Below, piece after piece: positions 1 through 9,572 of a DNA stretch of 44,685 nt (positions are counted from its first letter, which is position 1; the number at the start of each line of letters is the position of its first letter). A program made the translations under genes and the position numbers. The notes under the pieces were generated by a model. The model saw only the letters and a program-made list of their open reading frames with translations. It ran no database searches and was not told the DNA's origin. The DNA is from Candidatus Parvarchaeota archaeon (GTDB lineage Archaea; Nanobdellota; Nanobdellia; Parvarchaeales; Parvarchaeaceae), in contig JAMCRN010000014.1 of NCBI GenBank assembly GCA_023380585.1, positions 1 to 44,685 of the forward strand, written 5' to 3'.

Positions 1-15
1 GTGCTCTTCCGATCT
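1..15 (+). other. Illumina TruSeq adapter remnant (GTGCTCTTCCGATCT), an assembly artefact
   Basis: The first 15 nt are identical to the 3' end of the TruSeq read-primer sequence (...GTGTGCTCTTCCGATCT). The Rad50 frame is broken here (TAG at 16-18). Confidence 0.85.
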
Positions 16-18
16 TAG

Positions 19-774
19 TATTACAAAGACATTAAGGACCTTGAGGACCTGAAAGCTAAGATGGGATATAATGAGGATGACTTTGTAGAAGCAAAGAAAA
101 ATCTTGAGAGAATGAGATTATCAATAAACTCGCTAGAGATAGAAAAATCAAAATTAGAGAAAGAAATCGAGCTTGTAAAGGCAAGGCGCGAAGAGAACGT
201 TCTCCATCTAGATGCCCTTAAGGCTGAGGCAAAAAAACTTGCTTCCATAAACAAGGAAGTGGAAAAAGAGGAACGGACTCTAAAGCTTATTAACAGCCTT
301 AGACAAGACCTAAAATATATAAGAGAGTATGTGAGGAATAAGTTTATTGGCCAATTTAAAGAAGTGTTCAGAGAAAGGTTCACTGACTTAAGAAGCGACC
401 AAGATTACAGCGTTGACATAGACAACGAATACAATGTTACAGTAAACATGAATGGAGAGACTGCAGACGCAAGAATCCTATCCGGGGGAGAAAAGACGGC
501 TGTCGCACTTGCTTATAGATTGGCTTTATCTTCTGTGTCTGCTACGATGGGCGGCGAGATGAGGATAGAGACGCTGGTTATGGATGAGCCGACGTCCGGT
601 TTTGACAGAGAAGACATAAACTCGTTCACGGATGCTATAATGAGGATAAAAGACGTATCTCAGATAATAATAGTCACTCACGAGGAGAATATGAAGAAGA
701 TAGCAGACAATCTAATAGAGATAAATAAAAACCAGAACGGTTCTACGGCAGTCTATTCCAAGAGATACCGATAG
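19..774 (+). CDS. rad50: Rad50/SbcC-type SMC-family ATPase, C-terminal fragment (5' truncated at contig end)
   Basis: Coiled coil followed by the ABC signature LSGGE(K)TAVALAYRLAL, Walker B/D-loop LVMDEPTSGFD and H-loop IIIVTH. Confidence 0.85.
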   Translation, partial: YYKDIKDLEDLKAKMGYNEDDFVEAKKNLERMRLSINSLEIEKSKLEKEIELVKARREENVLHLDALKAEAKKLASINKEVEKEERTLKLINSLRQDLKYIREYVRNKFIGQFKEVFRERFTDLRSDQDYSVDIDNEYNVTVNMNGETADARILSGGEKTAVALAYRLALSSVSATMGGEMRIETLVMDEPTSGFDREDINSFTDAIMRIKDVSQIIIVTHEENMKKIADNLIEINKNQNGSTAVYSKRYR

Positions 775-780
775 ATTTAC

Positions 781-881
781 TGCAGGGGATGGGATTTGAA
801 CCCATGAACCCACAAAGGGAACAGATTTCACGACACGCGTACTTGAGTCTGTCACGTTTAACCAGGCTTCGCTACCCCTGC
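781..881 (-). tRNA. tRNA-Leu(CAA) with 15-nt intron at 37/38 (827-841)
   Basis: Acceptor stem GCAGGGG/CCCCTGC-A; anticodon stem ACAGA/TCTGT with loop CT-CAA-G^A; long variable arm; T-loop TTCAAAT. Confidence 0.93.
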
Positions 882-905
882 AGGTGTTCAAATGTGTATA
901 CGCCG

Positions 906-1133
906 CTATTCTTTTTTCTCTTCTTCCTGTTTTATATCCTTAAACAATACATCCACAGCTGCCTGAAGTCTCAATATGCTTTTTTGCAAGCCTTCAAGGG
1001 ATTTCTCAGATGCAGAATGTACATCTTTTATTTTGTCAAAATATATGGAGGCCTTTGGGCTTATGCCCTTCAAATCCTCATAATTTACTCGAAATGAGAA
1101 TGGTATGCCTATAAACACGTCTTTCTCGTCCAT
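906..1133 (-). CDS. Small hypothetical protein (75 aa, helical/coiled C-terminus)
   Basis: Clean ORF filling the gap between the ferredoxin and the tRNA; no family recognised. Confidence 0.6.
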   Translation of the reverse strand: MDEKDVFIGIPFSFRVNYEDLKGISPKASIYFDKIKDVHSASEKSLEGLQKSILRLQAAVDVLFKDIKQEEEKKE

Positions 1134-1172
1134 AACTTTACATGCAAGCCTAAACTTATAAACCTATCAGGA

Positions 1173-1490
<318 letters not shown>

Positions 1491-1509
1491 CTATTTTAAA
1501 AGTCATTAT

Positions 1510-1676
1510 TTATATATGTTTCGTCTTTCTTTCCAGAATTTCTTTCAAGACTACTGCTTGATTGTACTCATCATCTACTGCGTTTACGTCCTTTTTTTAG
1601 ACCGCGCGCAGACTCTATCAACTAATATTCTGAAACCATCGCCACCAGGCTCATAGACCAGGTGTATCTCTGTTAT
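1510..1676 (-). pseudogene. DUF488/YeaO-family remnant (frameshift plus internal deletion)
   Basis: One frame reads VYEPGGDGFRILVDRV.AR (family N-terminus). A second frame reads DDEYNQAVVLKEILE (family C-terminus). No ATG start, and the central part is missing. Confidence 0.65.
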
Positions 1677-1728
1677 AAAAAATATTATATTAGTATGGGT
1701 TTATTAATCTTTAACAAAAAGTTAAGAT

Positions 1729-2241
1729 ATGATAAAATACTATATACCGAAAAGACCGAGGATATTATTCGTAGGCATAAACCCGCATTTTGGTTCTTTT
1801 TCGAGGGGCGTCCCTTTCTCGAACAACAAGACATTCTGGTACTTATTAAGCAGGGCAGGAGTGATAAGAGAAGATAGAGAATTTTTAAGATCGGATAAAA
1901 ACTTAAGAAAGGTGTATAGGAACGTTGATAAAAAATATAATATCGGGTTTGTAAACATAGTGGATAGGCCTACAAGAAACGTAGCAGACCTTAAGAAAGA
2001 TGAGGAGAAAAAAGGCGCAAGAAGACTTCTGAAGATAATTACTAGCAGGAGACCAAATATAGTATGCTTCATAGGCAAGATAACGTTTCTCAAATTCGCA
2101 GGAAAGAAAACTGCTGAATATGGGAACCACGGCCGTATAGGTTCTTCTATCTTATATGTTATGCGCTTTCCTATAAGGGGCCCGTCTTCTGTAAGAGTAG
2201 ATGAATTGAGGCTTGTGGATTCTTTATCAAAGAAATCATAA
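1729..2241 (+). CDS. mug: Mismatch-specific uracil/thymine DNA glycosylase (MUG/TDG, UDG family 2)
   Basis: ILFVGINP motif, N.FW..L..AG, IGFVNIV.RPT, P.IVCFIGK. Confidence 0.85.
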   Translation: MIKYYIPKRPRILFVGINPHFGSFSRGVPFSNNKTFWYLLSRAGVIREDREFLRSDKNLRKVYRNVDKKYNIGFVNIVDRPTRNVADLKKDEEKKGARRLLKIITSRRPNIVCFIGKITFLKFAGKKTAEYGNHGRIGSSILYVMRFPIRGPSSVRVDELRLVDSLSKKS

Positions 2242-2249
2242 TAAAAAAC

Positions 2250-2371
2250 TGCAGGGGGTGGGATTTGAACCCACGAGGGCGCTAAGCCACAGGATTTCCT
2301 ACATAATCCGAAGACCGTGATCCGCCAAAGTCTTAAGTCCTGCACGTTGGGCCAGACTTCGCTACCCCTGC
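2250..2371 (-). tRNA. tRNA-Leu(TAA) with 36-nt intron at 37/38 (2296-2331)
   Basis: GCAGGGG/CCCCTGC-A acceptor; CAGGA/TCCTG anticodon stem; CT-TAA-G^A loop. BHB central helix CUUA/UAGG with AG^A and AA^A bulges. Confidence 0.95.
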
Positions 2372-2497
2372 TCCAGTTATAGATATAGAGATGTAATTAT
2401 TTAAACAAATAATTCGATACAACAATCTTCGGTTTAGTTTTGCAGCTCCACTAAAGGCTTTAATAAAATACTTGATAAACATTAATAAGGTGATATT

Positions 2498-2701
2498 ATG
2501 GGTGAGATAGGAAAAATAACTGAAGTAGTAAGCACGTCGAAGGATAGCATAGAAGACGCAGTATCGAAGGCAATAAAACGGATGGAGAAGGAAGGAGAAA
2601 CAGATATAAGAGGCCTGAAGATAAAAAACGTTTCCGTGTCAGTAAAGGACGGAAAGGTATATGAATGGCGTGTAAACCTGAAAGTCTCCTCCGAGTTTTG
2701 A
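2498..2701 (+). CDS. Dodecin-family protein
   Basis: 67 aa; K.TEVV.TS..S.EDAV..AI.R ... G.V.EWRV.LKVS pattern; AGGTGA SD upstream. Confidence 0.8.
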   Translation: MGEIGKITEVVSTSKDSIEDAVSKAIKRMEKEGETDIRGLKIKNVSVSVKDGKVYEWRVNLKVSSEF

Positions 2702-2730
2702 CGAATCAGCGATCTGAGGTAAGCGAGTCT

Positions 2731-2847
2731 TCACGCGTTTCTCTCACGAATAAGTCTTCTCTTTCTCTTTCTCTCTAACATCTTTTTCTTTCTGGTCTTC
2801 CACCTGTCCTTGTGATATTTCTTCCAATTCTTTGAACTTCTTTTCAT
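2731..2847 (-). CDS. rpl41e: Ribosomal protein eL41/eS32 (L41e)-like, 38 aa
   Basis: Hand translation gives MKRSSKNWKKYHKDRWKTRKKKMLERKRKRRLIRERNA*, matching the archaeal MKRxxxxWKK-x4-RWK-x-RKK pattern. Below the ORF-track size cutoff. Confidence 0.8.
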   Translation of the reverse strand: MKRSSKNWKKYHKDRWKTRKKKMLERKRKRRLIRERNA

Positions 2848-2866
2848 ATCATGTATAATGAAAAGG

Positions 2867-3394
2867 CTAATTTAAGCCTTTTGCACCGGTTACGCCGCCG
2901 CTTTTCTGATACTTTCCTGCGTATGGAGACTCGACTTTAGTCTGAGTTCTGCTTAATACAAGATGGAGGAATCTGGTCCCAGTACCAAGCTCTATAGGTA
3001 CTCCCCCGCCTATTATTAATATAGTAAGGTAGCCACTAAAGCCAGCGTCCACTATAGTGGGTGGTATCGATACACCTAGCCTAGCAAATGTGGAGCGGAG
3101 ATTACAGAAACCGACTATATAATCAGGGATTGTCACTCTCTCTTTTATCTTTACCAAAATACGCTCATTCTTACCTAGGATAAAGCTCTCCTTTGGTGAT
3201 TCCCGTAAGTATACCTTTTCCAAGGACTCCTTTTCTGAGATGTTTACAGGTGCTTCGATCTTATTGAATCTCATTATCTCATCACCGATCCTCAAATCTA
3301 CGCCATTTTCTCTTATAGTATCGTCTGATAGTGGATCGAGTATCAAAGACCCGGATGCTATCTCCTCTCTTATGTCTTTATCGCTTAGTATCAT
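2867..3394 (-). CDS. dcd: dCTP deaminase
   Basis: MILSD.DI start (ATG 3394), GVDLRIG, RSTFARLG, VDAGF.G.LT, Y.GKYQ. Confidence 0.92.
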   Translation of the reverse strand: MILSDKDIREEIASGSLILDPLSDDTIRENGVDLRIGDEIMRFNKIEAPVNISEKESLEKVYLRESPKESFILGKNERILVKIKERVTIPDYIVGFCNLRSTFARLGVSIPPTIVDAGFSGYLTILIIGGGVPIELGTGTRFLHLVLSRTQTKVESPYAGKYQKSGGVTGAKGLN

Positions 3395-3456
3395 CTTAAA
3401 CATTTGACTTCATCAATTAAAAAGCTATTTATTTTTTAAAATAACAGTATAAAGTT

Positions 3457-4119
3457 ATGGAATACAAAGGCGTATCGATAGAGTGGGTCAAGCACGATTG
3501 TTTTAGGGTTAAGGGTCGTATGGCAACGATCTACACAGACCCCTACAAAATAAAGAACGAATACGGTGATGCAGACCTAGTTTTGGTAACTCATGACCAC
3601 TATGATCATTTGGACGCGGAAAGCATAAAAAAAGTCATAAAACAGGACGGTGTGATAGTTGCGCCTTCTGATTGCAGAGAAAAACTCTCCCAATTTAACA
3701 ATAAAAAAGTATATATGAAGCCTTTCGAACTTAAGGTAGAGAAGGATGTCACAATAAAAAGCGTACCTTCTTACAATATAAACAAATTCAGAGAGGGGAA
3801 GACGGTTTTCCATCCAAAAGACAAAGGAAATATAGGTTATGTATTCATAGTGGACGGCGTAAGCTTTTACATAGCCGGCGACACTGATTTCATAGATGAG
3901 ATGAGAAGCATAAAGGCGAATATAGCTATGCTGCCAGTAAGCGGGATTTATGTTATGACACCGTCGGAAGCTGCGGAAGCTGCATTAATGATAAAAGCAG
4001 ATATTACAATACCTGCACATTACGGTTCTGGTATAGGAACGAGAAAAGAAGCAGAGGAGTTCACTAGGCTGCTTAAAGACAAGATAAAAACAAATATCCT
4101 AGAACCATTGGAGACTTGA
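3457..4119 (+). CDS. MBL-fold metal-dependent hydrolase
   Basis: THDHYDH (HxHxDH) motif, YIAGDT, IPAHYG. Confidence 0.88.
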   Translation: MEYKGVSIEWVKHDCFRVKGRMATIYTDPYKIKNEYGDADLVLVTHDHYDHLDAESIKKVIKQDGVIVAPSDCREKLSQFNNKKVYMKPFELKVEKDVTIKSVPSYNINKFREGKTVFHPKDKGNIGYVFIVDGVSFYIAGDTDFIDEMRSIKANIAMLPVSGIYVMTPSEAAEAALMIKADITIPAHYGSGIGTRKEAEEFTRLLKDKIKTNILEPLET

Positions 4120-4158
4120 TTAATAAGATTTATATAGTACTCTCTAGATAGAATAAGA

Positions 4159-4545
4159 ATGTCAAAAAGTACCGCCTCTACTTTAAGGAAAAAGAGTGGG
4201 GGACTCAAAGGGAAGAGGAGGGATAAGAGAAAACACGAATCTATAGAAGTACCTACACCGCTTAGGATAGGCGCTAAAAGATTGAAAGAAAAAAGAGTTA
4301 TGGGCGGCGCTGTAAAAATAATGCCCATCGAGCTCAGCGAAGGTAACATGTTTGACCCTGTCTCTAAGAAATTCACGAAAGTCAAGCTTTTAAAAGTAAC
4401 GGAGAATCCTGCGAATCGCTCTTACGCCAGGCGAAACATAATCACTAAAGGCAGCGTAATAGAGACTTCTGAGGGAAGCGCCAGAGTTATAAACAGACCG
4501 GGGCAGAGCGGACAGGTAACACTTATAAAAATAAATAAAGCCTGA
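4159..4545 (+). CDS. rps8e: 30S ribosomal protein S8e
   Basis: RKKSGG..KRKHE, RVMGG..K, V.ENPAN..YARRNIITKG.VIET..G.ARV..RPGQ.G. Confidence 0.97.
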   Translation: MSKSTASTLRKKSGGLKGKRRDKRKHESIEVPTPLRIGAKRLKEKRVMGGAVKIMPIELSEGNMFDPVSKKFTKVKLLKVTENPANRSYARRNIITKGSVIETSEGSARVINRPGQSGQVTLIKINKA

Positions 4546-4565
4546 ACGTGCCTCCTTTAAGAAGT

Positions 4566-6839
4566 ATGAAAAGACTAAGACTAGAAGATAAGATACTGTC
4601 CAACAACAAAAAGATCCTCCTTATATGGGGGATCGCTTTCTTTATCATGCTTCCGTTCGCCATACATCTTTTCAGTGTAGTCTCATACAACGTAACAAAC
4701 AGCCAAAATTCTCGAACGGCTGCACAAAAAGGGAACTCGACTCAGATCTTAGTCATAACTGACAAAAACATACTTTCGAATTCTTCTAAATCAGAGATAC
4801 TTAAAATCGGCTCCGAGTTCAAAAAGTCATCTTCCATTTTCTCATACGAAGAAACCATAATAAACTCCACTAGGAATATAATAGATGATTACTATCCAAG
4901 TATACTCTCGAGTCTTTATGAGTTTTATAACACAAACATTTCCTCTGTAAGCAAGCAACTAAATCAGACGATAATAAACCTTACAGCGCTTAAGATACGA
5001 AGCATTCTCCAGAATGACACGAATCATTCTATTGAAATAGGGAAAGACTTTCTAAGCTTTGCCAGTGGTGTAATAAGAGGCTATGGGAATTACAGCACTG
5101 ATTATATCATCTACACAGAAAATTTCTCTGATTACCCTGTTAATGTCAGTTCAGAGATTTTCAACCTATTAGTAAACATTCACCATAACACTACAATAAT
5201 GACTCTGAACGACGTAAATTATTCCAAAGCCTATCCTGTAGTGGAGTCGATATCTAAAGGCTACAACGAGACAGTATATTTCAGTGGAAGCCAGGCTTTA
5301 CAAGACCAGATAAAACAAGAGACTACTACAGGGACTATCCTTGCACTGCTATTTGGTATCATAGCCGCGATAGTGATAACTGGCTTTATATTTAGGTCAT
5401 ATCTTACAGCGTTCGTGCCTATAACGCTATTCGGAGCGGACCTTGTGATAGCTTATGGACTTTTTTATCTGCTTTACAGTTTATTGCACAGTAAACTTTC
5501 CTTCTTTGATCCTGCAATAACATCAATACTGATGCTTGGGCTGGCTACAGATTATTTCGTCTACATAATGTATAGATACAGACAAGAAAGAGTTTACTCT
5601 AAGAAAGACGATGCAGTAAGGATTTCCATGAAAAACGCCGGCCTAGCAGTCCTTGTAAGTGGACTTACTGTCATAAGCGCGTACGCTGTACTCTCTTTAT
5701 TCAATCTTGCGTTCATAGGGAGTTCGGCCATAATAAATACCATAGGTATAAGCGTGGTTCTCCTGTCGGCTCTTACTCTTCTGCCAGCGACTATGAAAAC
5801 CTTTGGAGATAGGATAGTAAAACCCGCCCATAAAAATGGTTTCTCCTTTCATACTATTTTCGAGAAAATAGCCATGTTCGATTTAAAGAACAAGAAGAAG
5901 ATACTTGCGATCTTCTTTATATTTGCACTCGTGTCCGGATATATCTTTATATCCACAAAGCCAGGGTTCGATTTCTTAGGCCTGCTGTCTAATTCCGGAG
6001 CAAAATCCGCTTTCTATGTGGCCACGGGAAATTTCGGTTATGATGTCATAGATCCACTGTTCGTAAATGTGACGAACTCGAGCATAAATCCGCCATTAAT
6101 AGCCAGCCATATATCTGATTTAAACAACGTATACGCTGTCTATTATTCGAAGAAAAATTCTACAGTCACTAGTTTCACGGTTTACCTTAAAAACATGGCA
6201 TTCACTAGAGCGGCTATAAACTCTTATTATGGAATAAAAGATTATCTGTCCTCAGCTGGCTTAAGATACAATGCATACGGGACGCAGGTCTTTCTTGGCT
6301 CTGCTCTTTCTTCAATATCTGGCTCCGTTCCTCCGCTCCTTATAATATTGTCAATCGTGATATTCACAATATTGTTCATACTTCTATATTCGGTCTTTAC
6401 TCCGGTAAGGCTTGTGCTGCTGCTCTTGTCCATAATAATGTTGGCTAATGCTTTTACAGTTTTTCTATTCTACTACGTGTTTTCCCTGCCCTTTATGATA
6501 ATATCCCAAGTCTTCCTCATAACCACCATAATGGGTGTAGGGGTGGACTATGATATATTCATGGTCATGAGAATAAGAGAGCATATAAAAAAAGGAGGAA
6601 CAAACGCGGAGGCTGTAAAGCAGGGTATAATCAAAAGTGGCCCAATAATAATAAGTCTTGGACTTATATTGTCCTCTGTTTTCTTCGCCCTATTGGGCAG
6701 TGGTCAGCCGCTGATAGGACAGGTTGGGCTTATAATAGGCGTCGGGATAATACTGGATTCTGTCTTGTCCGTTATATTTATAGTGCCTTCCTTGATGTTG
6801 ATACTTGATAGATATAATTGGTGGCCTAAAAAGTTCTGA
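4566..6839 (+). CDS. MMPL/RND-family membrane transporter
   Basis: Two repeats of TM + extracellular loop + 5 TM, with GLATDYFVY.MYRYRQE and GVGVDYDIF.V.RIRE motifs. ATG 4566 preferred over GTG 4548. Confidence 0.9.
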   Translation: MKRLRLEDKILSNNKKILLIWGIAFFIMLPFAIHLFSVVSYNVTNSQNSRTAAQKGNSTQILVITDKNILSNSSKSEILKIGSEFKKSSSIFSYEETIINSTRNIIDDYYPSILSSLYEFYNTNISSVSKQLNQTIINLTALKIRSILQNDTNHSIEIGKDFLSFASGVIRGYGNYSTDYIIYTENFSDYPVNVSSEIFNLLVNIHHNTTIMTLNDVNYSKAYPVVESISKGYNETVYFSGSQALQDQIKQETTTGTILALLFGIIAAIVITGFIFRSYLTAFVPITLFGADLVIAYGLFYLLYSLLHSKLSFFDPAITSILMLGLATDYFVYIMYRYRQERVYSKKDDAVRISMKNAGLAVLVSGLTVISAYAVLSLFNLAFIGSSAIINTIGISVVLLSALTLLPATMKTFGDRIVKPAHKNGFSFHTIFEKIAMFDLKNKKKILAIFFIFALVSGYIFISTKPGFDFLGLLSNSGAKSAFYVATGNFGYDVIDPLFVNVTNSSINPPLIASHISDLNNVYAVYYSKKNSTVTSFTVYLKNMAFTRAAINSYYGIKDYLSSAGLRYNAYGTQVFLGSALSSISGSVPPLLIILSIVIFTILFILLYSVFTPVRLVLLLLSIIMLANAFTVFLFYYVFSLPFMIISQVFLITTIMGVGVDYDIFMVMRIREHIKKGGTNAEAVKQGIIKSGPIIISLGLILSSVFFALLGSGQPLIGQVGLIIGVGIILDSVLSVIFIVPSLMLILDRYNWWPKKF

Positions 6840-6840
6840 T

Positions 6841-7587
6841 ATGAGACTCCTCGGTATTTTTGGCAGAAAAGAGAGAGTTCTAAAGACTTGGAAAAGCGGT
6901 AACGACACGATCTCGATCGTAGAAAACGATGAGGAAAGGATACTTAAATTCAACAATGTAGTTTATTCTAAACTAAAAAAAGATTCGTTTTATACCGGCG
7001 CTTATTGGGACTATTTTCTCCCACTTGTATCTATATTTGACAGCCCTGACATATTTATGATAGGGCTCGGTGGAGGGACTATAATCTACCAGATAGAAAA
7101 GCTGTTCCATGTGAATAGTCTAAACGTTGCAGAGATAAACGAAAAGATGATAGAAGCTGCAAAGTTTTTCATAGGACAGGACGTGTCAAAGTACGCCGTA
7201 AAGAAAGACGGACTGGAAGCCATTAGAGACAGCAGGGCCAGATATGACCTTATAATCCTCGATGCGTATAAAGGCGACTCCATACCGGAGCCTTTTCTTG
7301 ACGAGAATTTCGCAAAGGAGGCAGAAAAAGCCCTGAAAACCGACGGGATACTGGCAATAAACTACGCTCTTACCTTCAAGGGCATATTATATATGGAAAG
7401 GTACCTCTCCAAGCTAAGAAAATTCTTCAAAGTCTATACTCTCAACGATCAGCTCATCTCTGGGAATACGATAATAATATGTTCAAAGAAGATGAACAGA
7501 GATGAGATACTATTAAACATAAGACGCAGGTTCAAGACTACCGAGGATTCCATGGCATTGTTTAAAGCTTATTATATGCTTTCTTGA
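6841..7587 (+). CDS. Spermidine-synthase-like class I SAM-dependent transferase
   Basis: IGLGGG motif I, AEIN, DG, YDLIILDAY, L..DG.LAIN. ATG 1 nt after the MMPL stop. Confidence 0.8.
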   Translation: MRLLGIFGRKERVLKTWKSGNDTISIVENDEERILKFNNVVYSKLKKDSFYTGAYWDYFLPLVSIFDSPDIFMIGLGGGTIIYQIEKLFHVNSLNVAEINEKMIEAAKFFIGQDVSKYAVKKDGLEAIRDSRARYDLIILDAYKGDSIPEPFLDENFAKEAEKALKTDGILAINYALTFKGILYMERYLSKLRKFFKVYTLNDQLISGNTIIICSKKMNRDEILLNIRRRFKTTEDSMALFKAYYMLS

Positions 7588-7656
7588 AATTATCTCCTAT
7601 AAAATTCTTGCGAGCTTATAGAGATATAAGCATAAAAAGTCAAAGACATCCCTATC

Positions 7657-9129
7657 ATGGATATAAAAAATACGTTCAAGGAACCTGAATTTGATAAGAT
7701 ATCCGACCTGGTCTGGGAGATACCGAAAACATTCAAAAAGAAGATGAATGTCCCTGTGAGGGTATATGCGACTGAAAGCCTATTAAAAAGGATGGACCTG
7801 CAGGTCTTCGAGCAGATAACAAATGTAGCCACTCTACCGGGGATAGAAAAATACGCATTTGCTTTGCCTGACAGCCATGCAGGGTACGGGTTCTGTATAG
7901 GAGGAGTCGCTGCTTTCGATATAAACGCCGGCGGAGTCATATCCCCTGGGGGTATAGGATTCGATCAAAACTGCGGCATGCGGCTCGTCGCTACAAACCT
8001 TGATATAAAAGATGTACGACCAAAAATAAAAGAGATAACCGACCTTCTCTTCAAAGAAGTACCGGCTGGGGTCGGCAGTATGAGCAAGCTGAAAATATCC
8101 AGAGACGAATTCCGCGAACTTGCCGAAACAGGGGCCGAGTGGGCTGTAAAAAAAGGATATGGATGGGAAGAGGACCTTGGACACACAGAGCTCGAGGGCG
8201 TAGCGGGATGGGCTGATAGCTCTAAAATATCTGAAAAGGCGGTTTCCAGGGGGATAAAGCAGATGGGCACTCTTGGTTCTGGCAATCATTACCTCGAAGT
8301 TCAGTACATAAAGGAAGAAGACATAAAAGACAGGTACATAGCTAAAAAGTGGGGACTATTCCCTGGCCAGGTAGTGATAATGTTCCATACTGGATCCAGA
8401 GGCGCCGGTCACCAGATAGCCAGCGACTACTTGCAACTCTTTCTAGAGGTGATGGAAAGAAAGTATGGCATAAAGGTCGTTGACAGAGAGCTTGCATGTG
8501 CGCCTTTTCAATCAAAAGAAGGTCAGGATTATTACATGGCGATGGGATGCGGCGTAAATATAAGCTTTGTCAACAGACAGATAATACTAAATAAGATAAG
8601 GGGCGTGTTTTCTACAGTACTTGAGAAAGACCCGGACAAACTCGGTATGACTCAAATCTTCGATATAGCCCATAACAGGGCGTCTTTGGAAAAGCACAGA
8701 GTCGACGGAGAAGAGAAAGAACTGCTTGTACATAGGAAAGGCAGCACAGGATCCTACCCGCCAGGCAAAAAAGAGATACCTGCAGTATTTAGAAAAGACG
8801 GCTCTCCGGTGATAGTCGGAGGTAGTATGGAGACTGGTTCTTATCTTCTCGTAGGCGGCAGCAAAGCTGATGAAACGTTCGATTCCACCGTACATGGAAG
8901 CGGAAGGACTATGAGCAGGGCAAAGGCTAGGGGAATGACTGAAGGGAGAGAACTTTTCAAAAAGATGCTTAAGAATGGTATATATGTAAGAAGTGCTTCT
9001 TGGTCCGGTCTTGCCGAGGAGAGTGGGAGCAGTTATAAGGACATAGATGAGGTTGTCGATATAGTGGACTCTGCCGGTATCTCGAAGAAAGTCTGCAGAT
9101 TCACTCCGGTTTCAAATGTAAAGGGATGA
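7657..9129 (+). CDS. rtcB: tRNA-splicing/RNA-repair ligase RtcB
   Basis: PD.H.GYGF.IGG, G.D.NCG, GTLGSGNHYLE, HTGSRG.GH, HN, HRKG, HG.GR, YKD. Confidence 0.97.
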   Translation: MDIKNTFKEPEFDKISDLVWEIPKTFKKKMNVPVRVYATESLLKRMDLQVFEQITNVATLPGIEKYAFALPDSHAGYGFCIGGVAAFDINAGGVISPGGIGFDQNCGMRLVATNLDIKDVRPKIKEITDLLFKEVPAGVGSMSKLKISRDEFRELAETGAEWAVKKGYGWEEDLGHTELEGVAGWADSSKISEKAVSRGIKQMGTLGSGNHYLEVQYIKEEDIKDRYIAKKWGLFPGQVVIMFHTGSRGAGHQIASDYLQLFLEVMERKYGIKVVDRELACAPFQSKEGQDYYMAMGCGVNISFVNRQIILNKIRGVFSTVLEKDPDKLGMTQIFDIAHNRASLEKHRVDGEEKELLVHRKGSTGSYPPGKKEIPAVFRKDGSPVIVGGSMETGSYLLVGGSKADETFDSTVHGSGRTMSRAKARGMTEGRELFKKMLKNGIYVRSASWSGLAEESGSSYKDIDEVVDIVDSAGISKKVCRFTPVSNVKG

Positions 9130-9572
9130 GGCTGTTTATAATGGGTTACAGATTCCTTGAAGATGTGTCGATAGCGGATGTCGCTTTTATTGCAAAAGCG
9201 GCCGATTTACAGTCTTTGTTCAAGTACTGCTCTGATGCGGTCACAAACACGATGGTAAAGAACATCAAGGATATAAGGCAAAACGTTAAAAAAAAGTTTC
9301 ACATAAAGGCGAAAGATATTGATATGCTGCTTTTCATGTTTATAGAGAAGATCATATATTACAAGGACGTTTACGGTTTAGTGTTCAAAGACATGAGATC
9401 CAGGATAAAAAAGAAGGGAAACCTGTATTTAGGGGAGTTCGAAGCGTCTGGTGAAAAGTTAGATGGCATGAAACATGACCTTTTAGTGGATGTGAAAGCA
9501 GCAACATTTCATATGCTGGAAGTAAAAAAGAGCGGGAAGATGTGGAGCGCTATGGTGGTTCTAGACATATGA
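9126..9572 (+). CDS. Archease (RtcB cofactor)
   Basis: Y.FLE...ADV, VKAATFH.L, C-terminal VVLDI. ATGA overlap with rtcB (alternative start 9141). Confidence 0.93.
   Translation: MRLFIMGYRFLEDVSIADVAFIAKAADLQSLFKYCSDAVTNTMVKNIKDIRQNVKKKFHIKAKDIDMLLFMFIEKIIYYKDVYGLVFKDMRSRIKKKGNLYLGEFEASGEKLDGMKHDLLVDVKAATFHMLEVKKSGKMWSAMVVLDI

Noticed and set aside
871-890. The sRNA guide sequences resemble the tRNA-Leu(CAA) leader and 5' end (TGAACACCT and GGGTAGC)
   Set aside because: The matches are in the same sense as the pre-tRNA, so the guides cannot pair with it. They are short and probably coincidental.
789-1097. 102-aa plus-strand ORF, and the 201-aa ORF at 1740-2345
   Set aside because: Shadow ORFs that overlap tRNA genes and lie antisense to better-supported CDSs.
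1568-1574. ATGATGA (box C-like) on the minus strand
   Set aside because: No properly spaced CTGA boxes follow, and it lies within the DUF488 remnant.
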